The position numbers were made by a program, and so were the translations under genes. Shown piece after piece: positions 14,441-24,595 of a stretch of 64,000 nt of DNA (the first letter of the stretch is position 1; the number at the start of each line of letters is the position of its first letter). The notes beneath the pieces were generated by a model. It searched no databases. It was not told the origin of the DNA and worked only from the letters and a program-made list of their open reading frames with translations. Source of the DNA: an uncultured Bacteroidales bacterium (lineage in GTDB: Bacteria > Bacteroidota > Bacteroidia > Bacteroidales > VadinHA17); assembly GCA_963772705.1 (NCBI GenBank), contig CAVYYH010000011.1:322384-386383 (forward strand). The letters run 5' to 3'.

Positions 14441-15218
14441 ATGCATAAGATGATGACGCGGCACCAGGCAAAAATGATACTCTCACTCCAGAAAAAGAAG
14501 GTCAGAGAAGAGAGCTCTCTGTTTGTCATTGAGGGTGACAAGGTCGTCAGGGAATTCCTTCTGGCAGGTAACAGGGTGGCCCTGCTCGCAGCCAAGCCGG
14601 AGTGGCTTGACGGTGAGCCGGAGGCGGTGACCGGGATGGCTGACGAGATTGTCACGGTGAGCTACGACGACCTGAGACGCATCAGCTCACTGAAGACGCC
14701 ACATAATGTACTTGCTGTGGCTGTCATGAAGAAAACGGCTTTCACCGGCAAGAGGCTTGCCAATGGCCTGACAATCGCCCTTGAATATGTGCAGGATCCC
14801 GGCAATCTGGGAACGATAATACGGATAGCCGCCTGGTTCGGGATAAAGGATATTATCTGTTCTGAAGACTGCGTTGATGTCTATAACCCGAAGGTGATAC
14901 AGGCTACGATGGGTGCCTTCATGCACGTCGGAGTGCACTATCTGCCGCTGGAGAGCATACTCAGTGAAGGCACGCGCGGGAGGCAGCCCGGTCTACGGGG
15001 CAACCATCGGCGGCAAATCAATATATGACTCTGAACTGAGCAGCAATGGCATCATCCTCCTGGGGAATGAGTCAAAGGGTATTTCGGAGACGCTGCTTGA
15101 GCATGTCACTTGCCGCATCACCATCCCGGGTCCTGAAAAGCCACTTGCAGGCATTGAGTCTCTCAACGTGAGCATGGCTGCTGCAATAATCTGTTCTGAG
15201 TTTGCCCGACGGATGTAG
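14441..15218 (+). pseudogene. TrmH/SpoU-family RNA 2'-O-methyltransferase, split by an apparent +1 frameshift near 14966-14970
   Basis: ORF 14441-15028 carries the SpoU motif (DPGNLGTIIRIAAWFG). ORF 14913-15218 carries the C-terminal motifs (LLGNESKGIS, LNVSMAAAI). The join is ...LESILSE / ARAGGSPVYGATIGG... Confidence 0.8.
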
Positions 15219-15243
15219 AGACGCGCAAATTGCGCGTCTCTAC
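15215..15243. terminator. 29-nt inverted repeat between convergent genes that contains both stop codons
   Basis: gtagagacgcgcaa a ttgcgcgtctctac has 14-nt perfect arms. The TAG of the TrmH-like gene (15216-15218) and the TAG of the oxidoreductase (complement of 15240-15242) lie in opposite arms. No U tract is present. Confidence 0.5.
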
Positions 15244-16790
15244 GCTCCGTACTTAAGAACGATCTTCTCCGCGACCTGCATGCCGTCGACAGCCGACGAG
15301 ACAATCCCTCCGGCATAGCCCGCCCCCTCACCGGCAGGATACAATCCACTGATATTTAAAGCATTAAGATTGTCAGGGTCACGCGTAATCCGCACCGGCG
15401 AAGATGTACGCGATTCAACGGCAGCCACCAGGGCTTCATTGGTGAGATACCCTCTCATCTTCCTTCCGAATTCACGGAAGCCCTCCTTCAGCCTCGACGA
15501 CATCTCCTCCGGAAGCCACTCATGCAGCCGTGAGGGTGTCAGCCCGGGGAAATAGGAGCCTTTCGGGAGTGATGACGATGACCTGCCTTCAACAAAGTCA
15601 ACAAGCCTCTGTGCCGGTGCCCGCTGTGACATCCCCCCCTCCTGCCATGCCTGCTTTTCAAGCAACGACTGGTAGGTCAGTCCTGCCAGTACACCGCTGC
15701 CATATCTCATTGCGTCCTCTTCCCTGATCTCAGTCACAATACCGCTGTTAGCCCACGGAGAGTTGCGTCGCGAAGGGGACATACCGTTCACCACCACCTC
15801 ACCGGGGGAGGTAGCCGAGGGCACCATGAACCCCCCGGGGCACATGCAGAATGAGTAAACGCCTCGCCCTGCCACCTGTGTGGCGAGAGTGTAAGCCGCC
15901 GCCGGGAGGTACTTTCCCCTCGGTTTACCGTGATACTGAATCCGGTCAATGAGTTCCTGCGGATGTTCCACCCTGACCCCCATTGCAAAGGGCTTGTATT
16001 CAAGCCTTACCCCGCTCTCCGCAAGAAGATGGTAGATATCGCGTGCAGAATGACCTGTTGCAATGATGATATCATCCCCCCTCATGACGGTACTTCCGTT
16101 TACTGTCACTCCCCTGAAGACACCGTTCTCAATCATTATGCCGGTAATACGGTGTCCGAAGAGCACCTCTCCTCCTGCCTGGGTGATGCTTCCGCGAATG
16201 GCGGTGATCACTCCCGGGAGACGGTCTGTTCCGAGATGCGGATGCGCTTCGTAAAGTATGGCGGGGTCCGCCCCGTGAAGAACCAGAAGCTCCAGCACCC
16301 TCCTGTTGTCACCTCTCTTTTTTGACCTGGTATAGAGCTTTCCGTCAGAGAAGGTGCCGGCGCCTCCCTCTCCGAAACAATAGTTGGAGTCAGGCTCAAC
16401 GATGTGCCTGGTACTTATGGCTGCGACATCCCTCTTACGCTGTTTCACCTCCCTGCCGCGCTCAATGACGACGGGCTTCAATCCTGCCTCTATGAGCCTC
16501 AGTGCGGCAAAGAGTCCTGCCGGTCCGCTGCCCGCAATTATCACCTCACGCGCCTTGCTTACATCCCTGATCCTTAAAGGGGCAATCACTTCAGGCGGTT
16601 CGGCGGGATCACAGATGCGTACCGTGACGTTGACCCTGATGTCCGACCTGCGTGCATCGACAGAGCGCCTGACAATGCTCATAACAAAATCTCTCCTGCC
16701 GGTTTTCCTTACAAGATAAGCCTGCAGGGCATCCTCATCGAAGGCTGTCTCAGGGGGCAGCAGCAGACTGAGCTCCTCAGCCATGATCAC
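15240..16790 (-). CDS. NAD(P)/FAD-dependent oxidoreductase (COG2509-like)
   Basis: 516 aa with a dinucleotide-binding motif (IIAGSGPAGLFAALRL). Confidence 0.75.
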   Translation of the reverse strand: MIMAEELSLLLPPETAFDEDALQAYLVRKTGRRDFVMSIVRRSVDARRSDIRVNVTVRICDPAEPPEVIAPLRIRDVSKAREVIIAGSGPAGLFAALRLIEAGLKPVVIERGREVKQRKRDVAAISTRHIVEPDSNYCFGEGGAGTFSDGKLYTRSKKRGDNRRVLELLVLHGADPAILYEAHPHLGTDRLPGVITAIRGSITQAGGEVLFGHRITGIMIENGVFRGVTVNGSTVMRGDDIIIATGHSARDIYHLLAESGVRLEYKPFAMGVRVEHPQELIDRIQYHGKPRGKYLPAAAYTLATQVAGRGVYSFCMCPGGFMVPSATSPGEVVVNGMSPSRRNSPWANSGIVTEIREEDAMRYGSGVLAGLTYQSLLEKQAWQEGGMSQRAPAQRLVDFVEGRSSSSLPKGSYFPGLTPSRLHEWLPEEMSSRLKEGFREFGRKMRGYLTNEALVAAVESRTSSPVRITRDPDNLNALNISGLYPAGEGAGYAGGIVSSAVDGMQVAEKIVLKYGA

Positions 16791-17494
16791 TCAAAATGGA
16801 AAGAGAGTACCCATATCTGCGAACGCATTGATTTAATGGCGTTTGCATATTGCGGATATCCGGGGGCAGGTTCATGGACTAAAATGTCACGCAGACCGTT
16901 AGACATCTTGGCCTCGATTGTAAGCTTGAAATAGGGAAGATAGATATCAATGCCGGCACCTGCCTCGTAATAAAGATCAGCCCTGTTCAGCCTCAGATAG
17001 ATTTCCTGCTGGTCATCATATTCCTTCTTCCCTGCAAGGTCATACCTGAAATTAATACCGCCGATGATATATGGTCTTGAATTATTAAGCCTCATCCCTT
17101 TGTACTTCAGGGAGAGGGGAAATTCAAGAAAGGACGACTCAAGCTTCTGCGGCTCCTCCCCCCACGCAGTGCCGGTTGAATCGTAAAAACTGACATTCCT
17201 CTGTCCGAATGAGACCCCCGGGAGGAACCTGATATCAAGGTAGGTCGATGGCCGGAAATCGGTGACAATCTGTATGTTGATGCCGGGTTTAAGGCTTACT
17301 GTTTCAACGGTTGTTTTATTGGCTATAGCTTCATCTGACAATTTGATGTTGAAATCCATCGTATTGAGACCCATGCTGAACCCGAAGTGAAGCATCCGTT
17401 CATCATAGTTTGAATCATTCTTGGGCTTGGCTTTCTGGGCTGACAAAAGGACGGGCGTCAGCAAAAGGAGCAGTATTATTAATCTTCTGAACAC
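16787..17494 (-). CDS. porT: PorT/SprT-family outer-membrane beta-barrel protein (type IX secretion associated)
   Basis: 235 aa with a signal peptide (LLLLTPVLLSAQ). Blocks HFGFSMGLNTMDF, LRFLPGVSFGQR and FLEFPLSLKYK resemble the PorT family. It lies downstream of ubiE. Confidence 0.65.
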   Translation of the reverse strand: MFRRLIILLLLLTPVLLSAQKAKPKNDSNYDERMLHFGFSMGLNTMDFNIKLSDEAIANKTTVETVSLKPGINIQIVTDFRPSTYLDIRFLPGVSFGQRNVSFYDSTGTAWGEEPQKLESSFLEFPLSLKYKGMRLNNSRPYIIGGINFRYDLAGKKEYDDQQEIYLRLNRADLYYEAGAGIDIYLPYFKLTIEAKMSNGLRDILVHEPAPGYPQYANAIKSMRSQIWVLSFHFE

Positions 17495-17552
17495 GATAAT
17501 CTGGGTCTATATTAAAAACGCAAATATGGGAATTTATTGTATTCCGGTATAT

Positions 17553-18278
17553 TCATGGCCTGAATCCATAGTAAATACTGGCTATCCCGCCACTCAGTTT
17601 CAGCTGTCTCGCACCGGCAAAGCCTACATTCCCTAAGAGTGCCAGAAAATCCTCATTGTCAGGGAATGCCATTACCGAGTCAGGGAGGTATGAATAAGCA
17701 TCAGGGTCACCTGACACTTTCCTCCCGATCCACGGGAGTATCCGGGTAAAGTAAAAGCCGTATAACTGCCTCAGCGGGAACCATGAAGGCCTGGAAAACT
17801 CGAGCACCATTATCATCCCTCCCGGCCTGATAACCCTGAGCATCTCCCGAAGACCCGTTACCGTATTCTCAAAATTGCGTACGCCGAAGGCTGACATCAC
17901 CACATCAAAATAGTGGTCAGGGAACAGAATCTTCTCAGAATCACCTTTAACAAGGCTGATCTTCTCTGTATATCCCTGCCTGTCAATCTTTTCCATCCCT
18001 GCAGCCAGCATCTTCTCACTGATGTCAATGCCTGTGATCTGATCCGGATTGAGTCTCAGCGCCTCAATGGCCAGGTCACCTGTTCCGGTCGCCACGTCAA
18101 GTATCTTCGATGCCCTGACATGTTTCCCGATAACATTGATCGCACGCCTCCTCCAGCGCCTGTCAGTACCGAGTGACAGAAGGCGGTTCAGCAGGTCATA
18201 ACGGTGGGAGATTGAGTCAAACATAGCTTCAACCTTCTCCCTGGATGCTCCCCTGACCTGATTTAAATCATCCATCAT
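17553..18278 (-). CDS. ubiE: demethylmenaquinone/ubiquinone C-methyltransferase
   Basis: 241 aa with MFDSISHRYDLLNRLLSLGTDRRWRR and the SAM motif ILDVATGTGDLA. Confidence 0.9.
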   Translation of the reverse strand: MMDDLNQVRGASREKVEAMFDSISHRYDLLNRLLSLGTDRRWRRRAINVIGKHVRASKILDVATGTGDLAIEALRLNPDQITGIDISEKMLAAGMEKIDRQGYTEKISLVKGDSEKILFPDHYFDVVMSAFGVRNFENTVTGLREMLRVIRPGGMIMVLEFSRPSWFPLRQLYGFYFTRILPWIGRKVSGDPDAYSYLPDSVMAFPDNEDFLALLGNVGFAGARQLKLSGGIASIYYGFRP

Positions 18279-18345
18279 TTTGAATTAGACCGCCAAAGAT
18301 ACCCACAATATTGATTATTTTTACTCCTCTTAAAAAACTAAACCT

Positions 18346-19107
18346 ATGAGAAAGACTGTCGTTATTACAGGTGCTACCTCAGGCATAGGCGAAGCCACCG
18401 CGATAAAATTTGCCGAGGCAACCAACCGCCTTATAATTACCGGCAGAAGAAAGGATCGTCTGCATGATCTTGCTGAACACCTGGTTCAGGAGTATGGCAT
18501 TGATGTTCTGCCTCTGTGTTTCGATGTGCGTGACAGAAAGCAGGTGGAGAAGCATCTGGGACATCTGCCGGAGGAATGGTGCAACATCGATATACTGATC
18601 AACAATGCAGGGCTGGCAGCAGGACTGAGTCATATCGACGAAGGGGAGAGAGATGACTGGGACCAGATGATTGACACAAATGTAAAGGGATTGCTGTACG
18701 TGACGCGGGCAATAGCACCGGGGATGGTAAAAAGGGGATCGGGACATATAATAAATATCTCGTCAATAGCCGGCAAGGAGGTCTATGAGAACGGCGCTGT
18801 CTACTGCGGTTCAAAACATGCTGTTGATGCCATCTCCAGGGGTATGCGCATTGACCTGGTAAAGCACAACATCAAAGTCACAAACGTAGCTCCCGGAATG
18901 ACTGAGACAGAGTTTTCCCTTGTCAGGTTCAGGGGAGACAGGGAGAGAGCTGCCTCGGTATACAGCGGCGTTCAGCCCCTGACAGGAGAGGATATTGCCA
19001 AAGTAATATTCTATTGTGCAACCCTTCCGCCTCATGTATGCATAAATGACGTTGTAATAACGCCTACCGCCCAGGCTGGAGCACATTATACCTTCAGAAA
19101 AAGTTAA
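18346..19107 (+). CDS. SDR-family NAD(P)-dependent oxidoreductase (YdfG-like)
   Basis: 253 aa with TGATSGIG, NNAG and YCGSKHAV motifs. Confidence 0.9.
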   Translation: MRKTVVITGATSGIGEATAIKFAEATNRLIITGRRKDRLHDLAEHLVQEYGIDVLPLCFDVRDRKQVEKHLGHLPEEWCNIDILINNAGLAAGLSHIDEGERDDWDQMIDTNVKGLLYVTRAIAPGMVKRGSGHIINISSIAGKEVYENGAVYCGSKHAVDAISRGMRIDLVKHNIKVTNVAPGMTETEFSLVRFRGDRERAASVYSGVQPLTGEDIAKVIFYCATLPPHVCINDVVITPTAQAGAHYTFRKS

Positions 19108-19207
19108 AATATTGAAATTCAACTTCGGTAAGATTAAAAAGGCTTAAATTGTCTTTCAATTCTCACAGGCTCTGTTTTTGACCTGTAACTATTTAAATCG
19201 CATTGAC

Positions 19208-22200
19208 ATGAAAAGAAAAAACTATGCTGACCTGCTGATTATTTTGCTATTATTATCAGCAACACAATTACTTTCAGCCATTGACCCCGTGAACACGAGG
19301 CTTCTGTCTCAGCCTGCGGCAAGTTCAACACACATCGCGTTTATCTATGCTGAGGATCTCTGGATCGCTGATGCCGACGGCTCAGATCCAAGGCGACTTA
19401 CCGTCGATGAGGGAATTGAATCAGATCCTTTTTTCTCTCCTGACGGAAAGATCATTGCCTTCAGCGCCCAGTATGACGGAAATACAGATGTCTATTCGGT
19501 TCCGGTAACCGGAGGAGTTCCGTCAAGACTGACATGGCATCCCGGCGATGACCTTGCCAGAGGCTTTACCCCTGACGGGAAAAAGGTTCTCTTCGCCTCA
19601 CAGAGGGAAGTTTTCACAACAAGATATTTCCAGCTCTTCACGGTCAGCCTGGAAGGGGGACTGCCCGAAAAGCTTGATATACCCAATGCCTGGTCAGCAG
19701 CCTATTCTCCTGACGGGACAAAAATGGCTTATGTACCAATTCCTCCAAGATACCAGCAGTGGAAGAACTACAGGGGCGGTACCACATCGAATATATGGGT
19801 TTATTCCTTTGGCGATCATTCTGTTGTGAAAGTCCCACAGCCGAAAGAAGGCTGCAACGATGCCGATCCCATGTGGGTCGGAGACAAAGTATATTTCATA
19901 AGTGACAGGGAGGGTGAATTTAACCTCTATTCATGGGATTCAAAGAACGGCACTGTTGCCAGACTGACAGATTTTGCCGACTTTCCTGTACTTAAGGCTG
20001 CTGCCGGAGCAGGAAGGATAATCTTTGAACAGGAAGGATATCTTCATACCTATGAAATAAGTTCAAATTCAACGGCCACCCTGACCATCGGTATAGCAGC
20101 CGATCTGCTTGAGCTCAGACCGCGTTATGTGCAGGGCGGCAATTACATCAGGAGCTTTGATATCTCACCCACCGGGGCGAGGGCAGTATTCGATTACAGG
20201 GGTGAGATCATCACTCTCCCTGCCGAAAAGGGTGACCCGAGAAATATCACTCTGACCCCTGGTGCACATGAGAAATATCCTTCATGGTCACCTGACGGTA
20301 AATACATTGCATACTTTTCCGATGCCTCGGGTGAATATGCTCTTCACATCAAATCACAGGACGGAAAGGGAGAGGTAAAGTCATTTACTCCTGTCGGAAG
20401 CGGTTTTTATGCCTTTCCGGAGTGGTCTCCCGACAGCAAGAAGATTTGTTATGTCGACAACGCAAGGAACCTTTATCTTCTTGACATCAGTTCGGGTAAC
20501 ATCACCAAGGTTGATGCCGATGATCTGTACCAGCCCGGGGCTTTCAGGGAGATCTTCGGCGACTGGTCGTCAGATTCTAAATGGATACTGTATACAAGGG
20601 TCCTTACAACACAGTTCCGCTCTGTGTGGCTCTATTCGGTAGATCAGAAGAAATCATTCCCGGTGACTGACGGGCTCAGTGATGCCTCTGAACCGGTTTT
20701 TGACCCGGACGGAGAATACATATACTTCTTTGCATCGACAGATGCAGGGCCTGTCATAAACTGGTTCGACCTGTCAAGGCAGGATATGAGAATGACCAAT
20801 TCAATTTACCTTGTAACACTCAGAAAGGATATAATCTCACCATTTGCCAAAGAGAGCGATGAGGAGACTGCGAAAAAGGCTGAAGCTGAAACTGAGTCTA
20901 TGGAGCCTGCAGCAAAAGATGCCGGGAAAAATTCAAAGAAGGATACAAAAACTGCTCCCCCGGTTCAGGAGAAGAAAGAAATCCTTAAGATTGACACAGA
21001 TGGCCTTCAGGACAGGATAGTCAACATTCCGGTGAGGGCAGGCAGTTACACAGATCTGGATGTGGCGTCATCTGGTGAGATCCTGTATATCGTCAGACCT
21101 GCAGTTCCTTCAGAACCGGCAAAGATGTTCAGATACACTCTCAAGGATCGCAAGAGCGAAGAAGTAATGGAACTTGACGGTTATAAGATCTCAGCTGACA
21201 GGAAGAAGATGCTCTATAATAAGGGGCAAACTTTGGGTATTGCAGCCGCAGGCAAGAAACCGGAACCGGGAAAGGGAGTCCTTAACACTTCATCCATATC
21301 TGTCAGAATCGATCCTCAGGCTGAGTGGGCACAAATATTTGACGAGGCATGGAGAATCAACCGTGATTACTTCTATGATCCCGGGATGCACGGTGCTGAC
21401 TGGACTGCCATGAAGGAAAAATATGCAAAGTTCCTCCCCGACCTGGCATGCAGAAGTGACCTCAACAGGGTCATTCAGTGGATGTGCAGTGAACTTTCTG
21501 TCGGACATCACAGGGTAGGAGGCGGCGATCGGCTGGGCAACCCCCCGAGAGTCAGCGGCGGACTCCTCGGAGCAGACTTCTCGATAGCAAATAACAGGTA
21601 CCGGCTTAAGAAGATATACGGCGGACTGAACTGGAACCCTGACCTCAGGTCTCCTCTTACAGAGCCCGGACTGAATGTGGAAGAGGGTGACTACATACTT
21701 GCAATCAACGGAACAGAACTGACGGCTGCCATCAATATCCACAGCCTTCTTGAAAATACTGAAGGCAAAATAGTTGAACTGACAGTCGGGAAGAATCCTG
21801 ATTTTACCGGATCGAGGGTTATCAAGGTTGTGCCCATAGCCAGCGAGAGCAACCTGAGAAACCGTGACTGGGTCGAGGGTAACCTCCGAAAGGTTACAGA
21901 GGCAACTGACGGTAAGGTGGCTTATGTCTATGTACCAAATACCGCCGGAGCAGGACACGAGTATTTCAAGAGATACTTCTTCCCCCAGGTTGACAGGAAG
22001 GCGATAATAATCGATGAGAGGTTTAACGGAGGAGGGTCAGTGGCCGACTATTACATCGATATTCTGCTGAGACCTGTCCAGTCATACTGGAACATGCGGT
22101 ATGGAAAGGACCTGAAGACACCCAATGCATCGATACAGGGACCCAAGGTCATGATCATTGATGAGACCGCCGGTTCGGGCGGTGACATGCTGCCGTGGAT

Positions 22201-22516
22201 GTTCAGGAAGTTCAGTGTCGGGACACTCGTGGGTAAAAGGACCTGGGGTGGACTTGTCGGTACACTCGGATTTCCTGAACTGATGGACGGAGGGGTGGTA
22301 ACAGCGCCTAACCTGGCTATCTGGACAAAGGAAGGCTTTATTGTGGAAAATGTCGGGGTTGCTCCTGATATCGAGGTTGAACAGTGGCCTGCAGATATTA
22401 TTAACGGGAGAGATCCGCAGCTTGAAAAGGCTATTGAGGTGGCTCTGAAAGAGCTTGAGAAGAATCCGCCCGAGGAGCCTGTACGTCCGCCCTACCCGGT
22501 GAGAGTAAGAAAGTGA
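19208..22516 (+). CDS. tricorn-protease-like S41 peptidase (TolB-like beta-propellers, PDZ and S41 domains)
   Basis: The ORF track starts at TTG 19178. ATG 19208 gives MKRKNYADLLIILLLLSATQLLSA, a signal peptide. The C-terminal half has the S41 tail-specific protease region. Confidence 0.85.
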   Translation: MKRKNYADLLIILLLLSATQLLSAIDPVNTRLLSQPAASSTHIAFIYAEDLWIADADGSDPRRLTVDEGIESDPFFSPDGKIIAFSAQYDGNTDVYSVPVTGGVPSRLTWHPGDDLARGFTPDGKKVLFASQREVFTTRYFQLFTVSLEGGLPEKLDIPNAWSAAYSPDGTKMAYVPIPPRYQQWKNYRGGTTSNIWVYSFGDHSVVKVPQPKEGCNDADPMWVGDKVYFISDREGEFNLYSWDSKNGTVARLTDFADFPVLKAAAGAGRIIFEQEGYLHTYEISSNSTATLTIGIAADLLELRPRYVQGGNYIRSFDISPTGARAVFDYRGEIITLPAEKGDPRNITLTPGAHEKYPSWSPDGKYIAYFSDASGEYALHIKSQDGKGEVKSFTPVGSGFYAFPEWSPDSKKICYVDNARNLYLLDISSGNITKVDADDLYQPGAFREIFGDWSSDSKWILYTRVLTTQFRSVWLYSVDQKKSFPVTDGLSDASEPVFDPDGEYIYFFASTDAGPVINWFDLSRQDMRMTNSIYLVTLRKDIISPFAKESDEETAKKAEAETESMEPAAKDAGKNSKKDTKTAPPVQEKKEILKIDTDGLQDRIVNIPVRAGSYTDLDVASSGEILYIVRPAVPSEPAKMFRYTLKDRKSEEVMELDGYKISADRKKMLYNKGQTLGIAAAGKKPEPGKGVLNTSSISVRIDPQAEWAQIFDEAWRINRDYFYDPGMHGADWTAMKEKYAKFLPDLACRSDLNRVIQWMCSELSVGHHRVGGGDRLGNPPRVSGGLLGADFSIANNRYRLKKIYGGLNWNPDLRSPLTEPGLNVEEGDYILAINGTELTAAINIHSLLENTEGKIVELTVGKNPDFTGSRVIKVVPIASESNLRNRDWVEGNLRKVTEATDGKVAYVYVPNTAGAGHEYFKRYFFPQVDRKAIIIDERFNGGGSVADYYIDILLRPVQSYWNMRYGKDLKTPNASIQGPKVMIIDETAGSGGDMLPWMFRKFSVGTLVGKRTWGGLVGTLGFPELMDGGVVTAPNLAIWTKEGFIVENVGVAPDIEVEQWPADIINGRDPQLEKAIEVALKELEKNPPEEPVRPPYPVRVRK

Positions 22517-22517
22517 C

Positions 22518-22600
22518 CAGGCAGCAGGCAATAGGCAGTAGTCATTGACAGTAACCGATCTAAGCAGACCTTCAGACATCAGACCTTCAGACATCAGACC
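22518..22600. repeat. tandem arrays: (caggcaN)x3 at 22518-22541 and (cagaccttcagacat)x2.4 at 22565-22600
   Basis: Read directly. The second array ends 3 nt before ATG 22604. Confidence 0.85.
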
Positions 22601-22603
22601 AAC

Positions 22604-23677
22604 ATGTACAACCACAAATATCTGCTTGAATTCACGACCGGCATCTTCATGCGTCTCGGATGCAGCCGGGAAGATGCTGATGCTGTAGCCAGGGTGCTGG
22701 TTGCGGCCGAGCTCCGTGACCACGCCTCTCACGGCATGATTCGGATTAAGGAGTACTACGAGCTGTGGAAGAGCGGCAGGGTAAATGCAAGACCCGATGT
22801 CAGGGTAGTACATGAGACACCGTCAACAGCCGTGGTCGACGGCGACAGGTGCTTCGGCATGGTAGCCGGCATGCGGTCAATGCGTCTCGCAATAGAGAAG
22901 GCTGCGGTGACCGGCACAGGGTGGGTGGCGACGCGCAACTCGAATCATTTTGGCATTGCAGGTTATTACGCCATGATGGCCCTTGAACACGACATGGTTG
23001 GGATATGCGTTACAAATGCCAATCCCCTTGTCGCCCCTACCTGGTCGGTGAGCCGCTATCTGGGCACCAACCCGCTGGCAGTGGCTGTCCCTGCTCTTAC
23101 GGAGCCCCCCTTTGTGGCTGACTTCGCCACCACCCCCATTGCACGAGGCAAGCTCGCCGTGGCGGAGAAGAAGGGAGAGAAGGTACCGTTGGGCTATGTC
23201 CAGGATGCGGAGGGTAACCCGTCAGACGACCCCGGCATACTGCGCAGGGGAGGCGCCATGCTCACCCTGGGCGGCGACCGGCAGCACGGCAGCCACAAAG
23301 GTTATTGCATGACAGCCGTGGTAGATATCTTCAGCGCCCTCTTCAGCGGCGCCAGCTTCGGCCCGTTCGTTCCGCCCAGCGTGGCGTATCTTCCTGTGCC
23401 TGAGAACCAGGAGGGAAAAGGAACAGGGCACTTCTTCGGCGCCATGCGCATAGATGCCTTCAGACCGGCAGCCGAGTTCAAAACTGAGATGGATCAGTGG
23501 ATAAAAACATTCAGAAATGCTAAACCGGCAAAAGGTGAGTCAAGGGTGCTGATTCCCGGTGACCCGGAACGGGAAGCGGAGGAGAGATATCGCAGTGATG
23601 GCATCAAACTCGTCCCGGCAGTGGTGGAAGATCTGAAAGTGATATCCGCGGAGCTGGGGATGACGTTTGAGCCGTAA
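22604..23677 (+). CDS. Ldh-family (type 2 malate/L-lactate dehydrogenase family) oxidoreductase
   Basis: 357 aa with SHGMIRIKEYY and ATRNSNHFGIAGYY blocks typical of the Ldh_2 family. Confidence 0.85.
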   Translation: MYNHKYLLEFTTGIFMRLGCSREDADAVARVLVAAELRDHASHGMIRIKEYYELWKSGRVNARPDVRVVHETPSTAVVDGDRCFGMVAGMRSMRLAIEKAAVTGTGWVATRNSNHFGIAGYYAMMALEHDMVGICVTNANPLVAPTWSVSRYLGTNPLAVAVPALTEPPFVADFATTPIARGKLAVAEKKGEKVPLGYVQDAEGNPSDDPGILRRGGAMLTLGGDRQHGSHKGYCMTAVVDIFSALFSGASFGPFVPPSVAYLPVPENQEGKGTGHFFGAMRIDAFRPAAEFKTEMDQWIKTFRNAKPAKGESRVLIPGDPEREAEERYRSDGIKLVPAVVEDLKVISAELGMTFEP

Positions 23678-23701
23678 AAGGCTGTTGATGTGATTACTAT
23701 T

Positions 23702-23729
23702 CGAAAATCGCAAATCGCAAATCGCAAAT
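23702..23729. repeat. tandem heptamer array (cgcaaat)x4
   Basis: cgaaaat cgcaaat cgcaaat cgcaaat, between the convergent stops of the Ldh-family gene and the nitroreductase. Confidence 0.9.
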
Positions 23730-23740
23730 TCTCCTCGCTC

Positions 23741-24484
23741 TCACTTCATAAAACCCTGCTGCTTAAGAACTTCCAGTAATTTCCCGGAGAAAAACTCATT
23801 GTCAGCCTTCTTATACCGCACCTCCGTGAAAACCTGGGCCAGGGTCTTCTTATTGTTTTCGGCAATGAAACCAAGGCTGTCATCGCGGGATTCCTTCTCC
23901 CTGTAGATATTATCAATCATTTCAGGCGTATAATCCATATATCGCTCCCTGTGCACCACCGCCTCCAGCGGCAGCCGGTCAACCTGCTCAGGAACATCTG
24001 CGGGCCATCCCATGGTGACGGTTGTCACCGGCACAACCCCGCCCGGCAGTCCGAGGATATCAATTATCCTGTCTGCATTGTACGTTGTTGTTCCGAGGTA
24101 ACAGATCCCCAGACCCTCCTCCTCTGCCGCATTGCATACAGTCTGGGCGACAAGCAGTGCATCAATGGCGGCAGTCATGAATGACAGGAAGTTGTCATAA
24201 CCCGGCTCGGCATCCCTCTGCCGGCACCATTTGCTGAATCTGTTGAAATCGGCGCAGAAGGTGAGAACCACCGGTGCTTCGGTAACCATCGGCTGGTTGA
24301 AATGGGCCGGAGCCAGACGCCTCTTCATTTCCTCGTCACGGGTGACTATAATGCTGTATACCTGCATATTGCCTGTAGTGGAGGCTCTTGTCCCGGCAGC
24401 GAGGATCTTCTCAAGCAGCGAGGGGTCTATCTCCCTCTCACTGTACTTTCTTACTGTTCTGCGGGTGAAATATGTTCTGTTCAT
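23741..24484 (-). CDS. nitroreductase-family NAD(P)H oxidoreductase
   Basis: 247 aa. The N-terminus RRTVRKYSEREIDPSLLEKILAAGTRASTTGNMQ is typical of the nitroreductase fold. Confidence 0.85.
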   Translation of the reverse strand: MNRTYFTRRTVRKYSEREIDPSLLEKILAAGTRASTTGNMQVYSIIVTRDEEMKRRLAPAHFNQPMVTEAPVVLTFCADFNRFSKWCRQRDAEPGYDNFLSFMTAAIDALLVAQTVCNAAEEEGLGICYLGTTTYNADRIIDILGLPGGVVPVTTVTMGWPADVPEQVDRLPLEAVVHRERYMDYTPEMIDNIYREKESRDDSLGFIAENNKKTLAQVFTEVRYKKADNEFFSGKLLEVLKQQGFMK

Positions 24485-24595
24485 TTTCTGGTCTTAGTGC
24501 TGGCGGCAAATTAATTAAATAACGTTAAAATTATTACTGACTATTTTCCTTTTCTTACCTTAGTCACTCTGAATATTTAACCAACAACCCATAAA

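Noticed and set aside
19178-19207. Upstream TTG/alternative-start extensions in the ORF track (tricorn-like 19178, msrAB 29018, blaI-like 32982, tsaC 49755, rpoD 38860).
   Set aside because: In each case a downstream ATG yields a canonical N-terminus (signal peptide or conserved family start), so the extensions are probably not translated.
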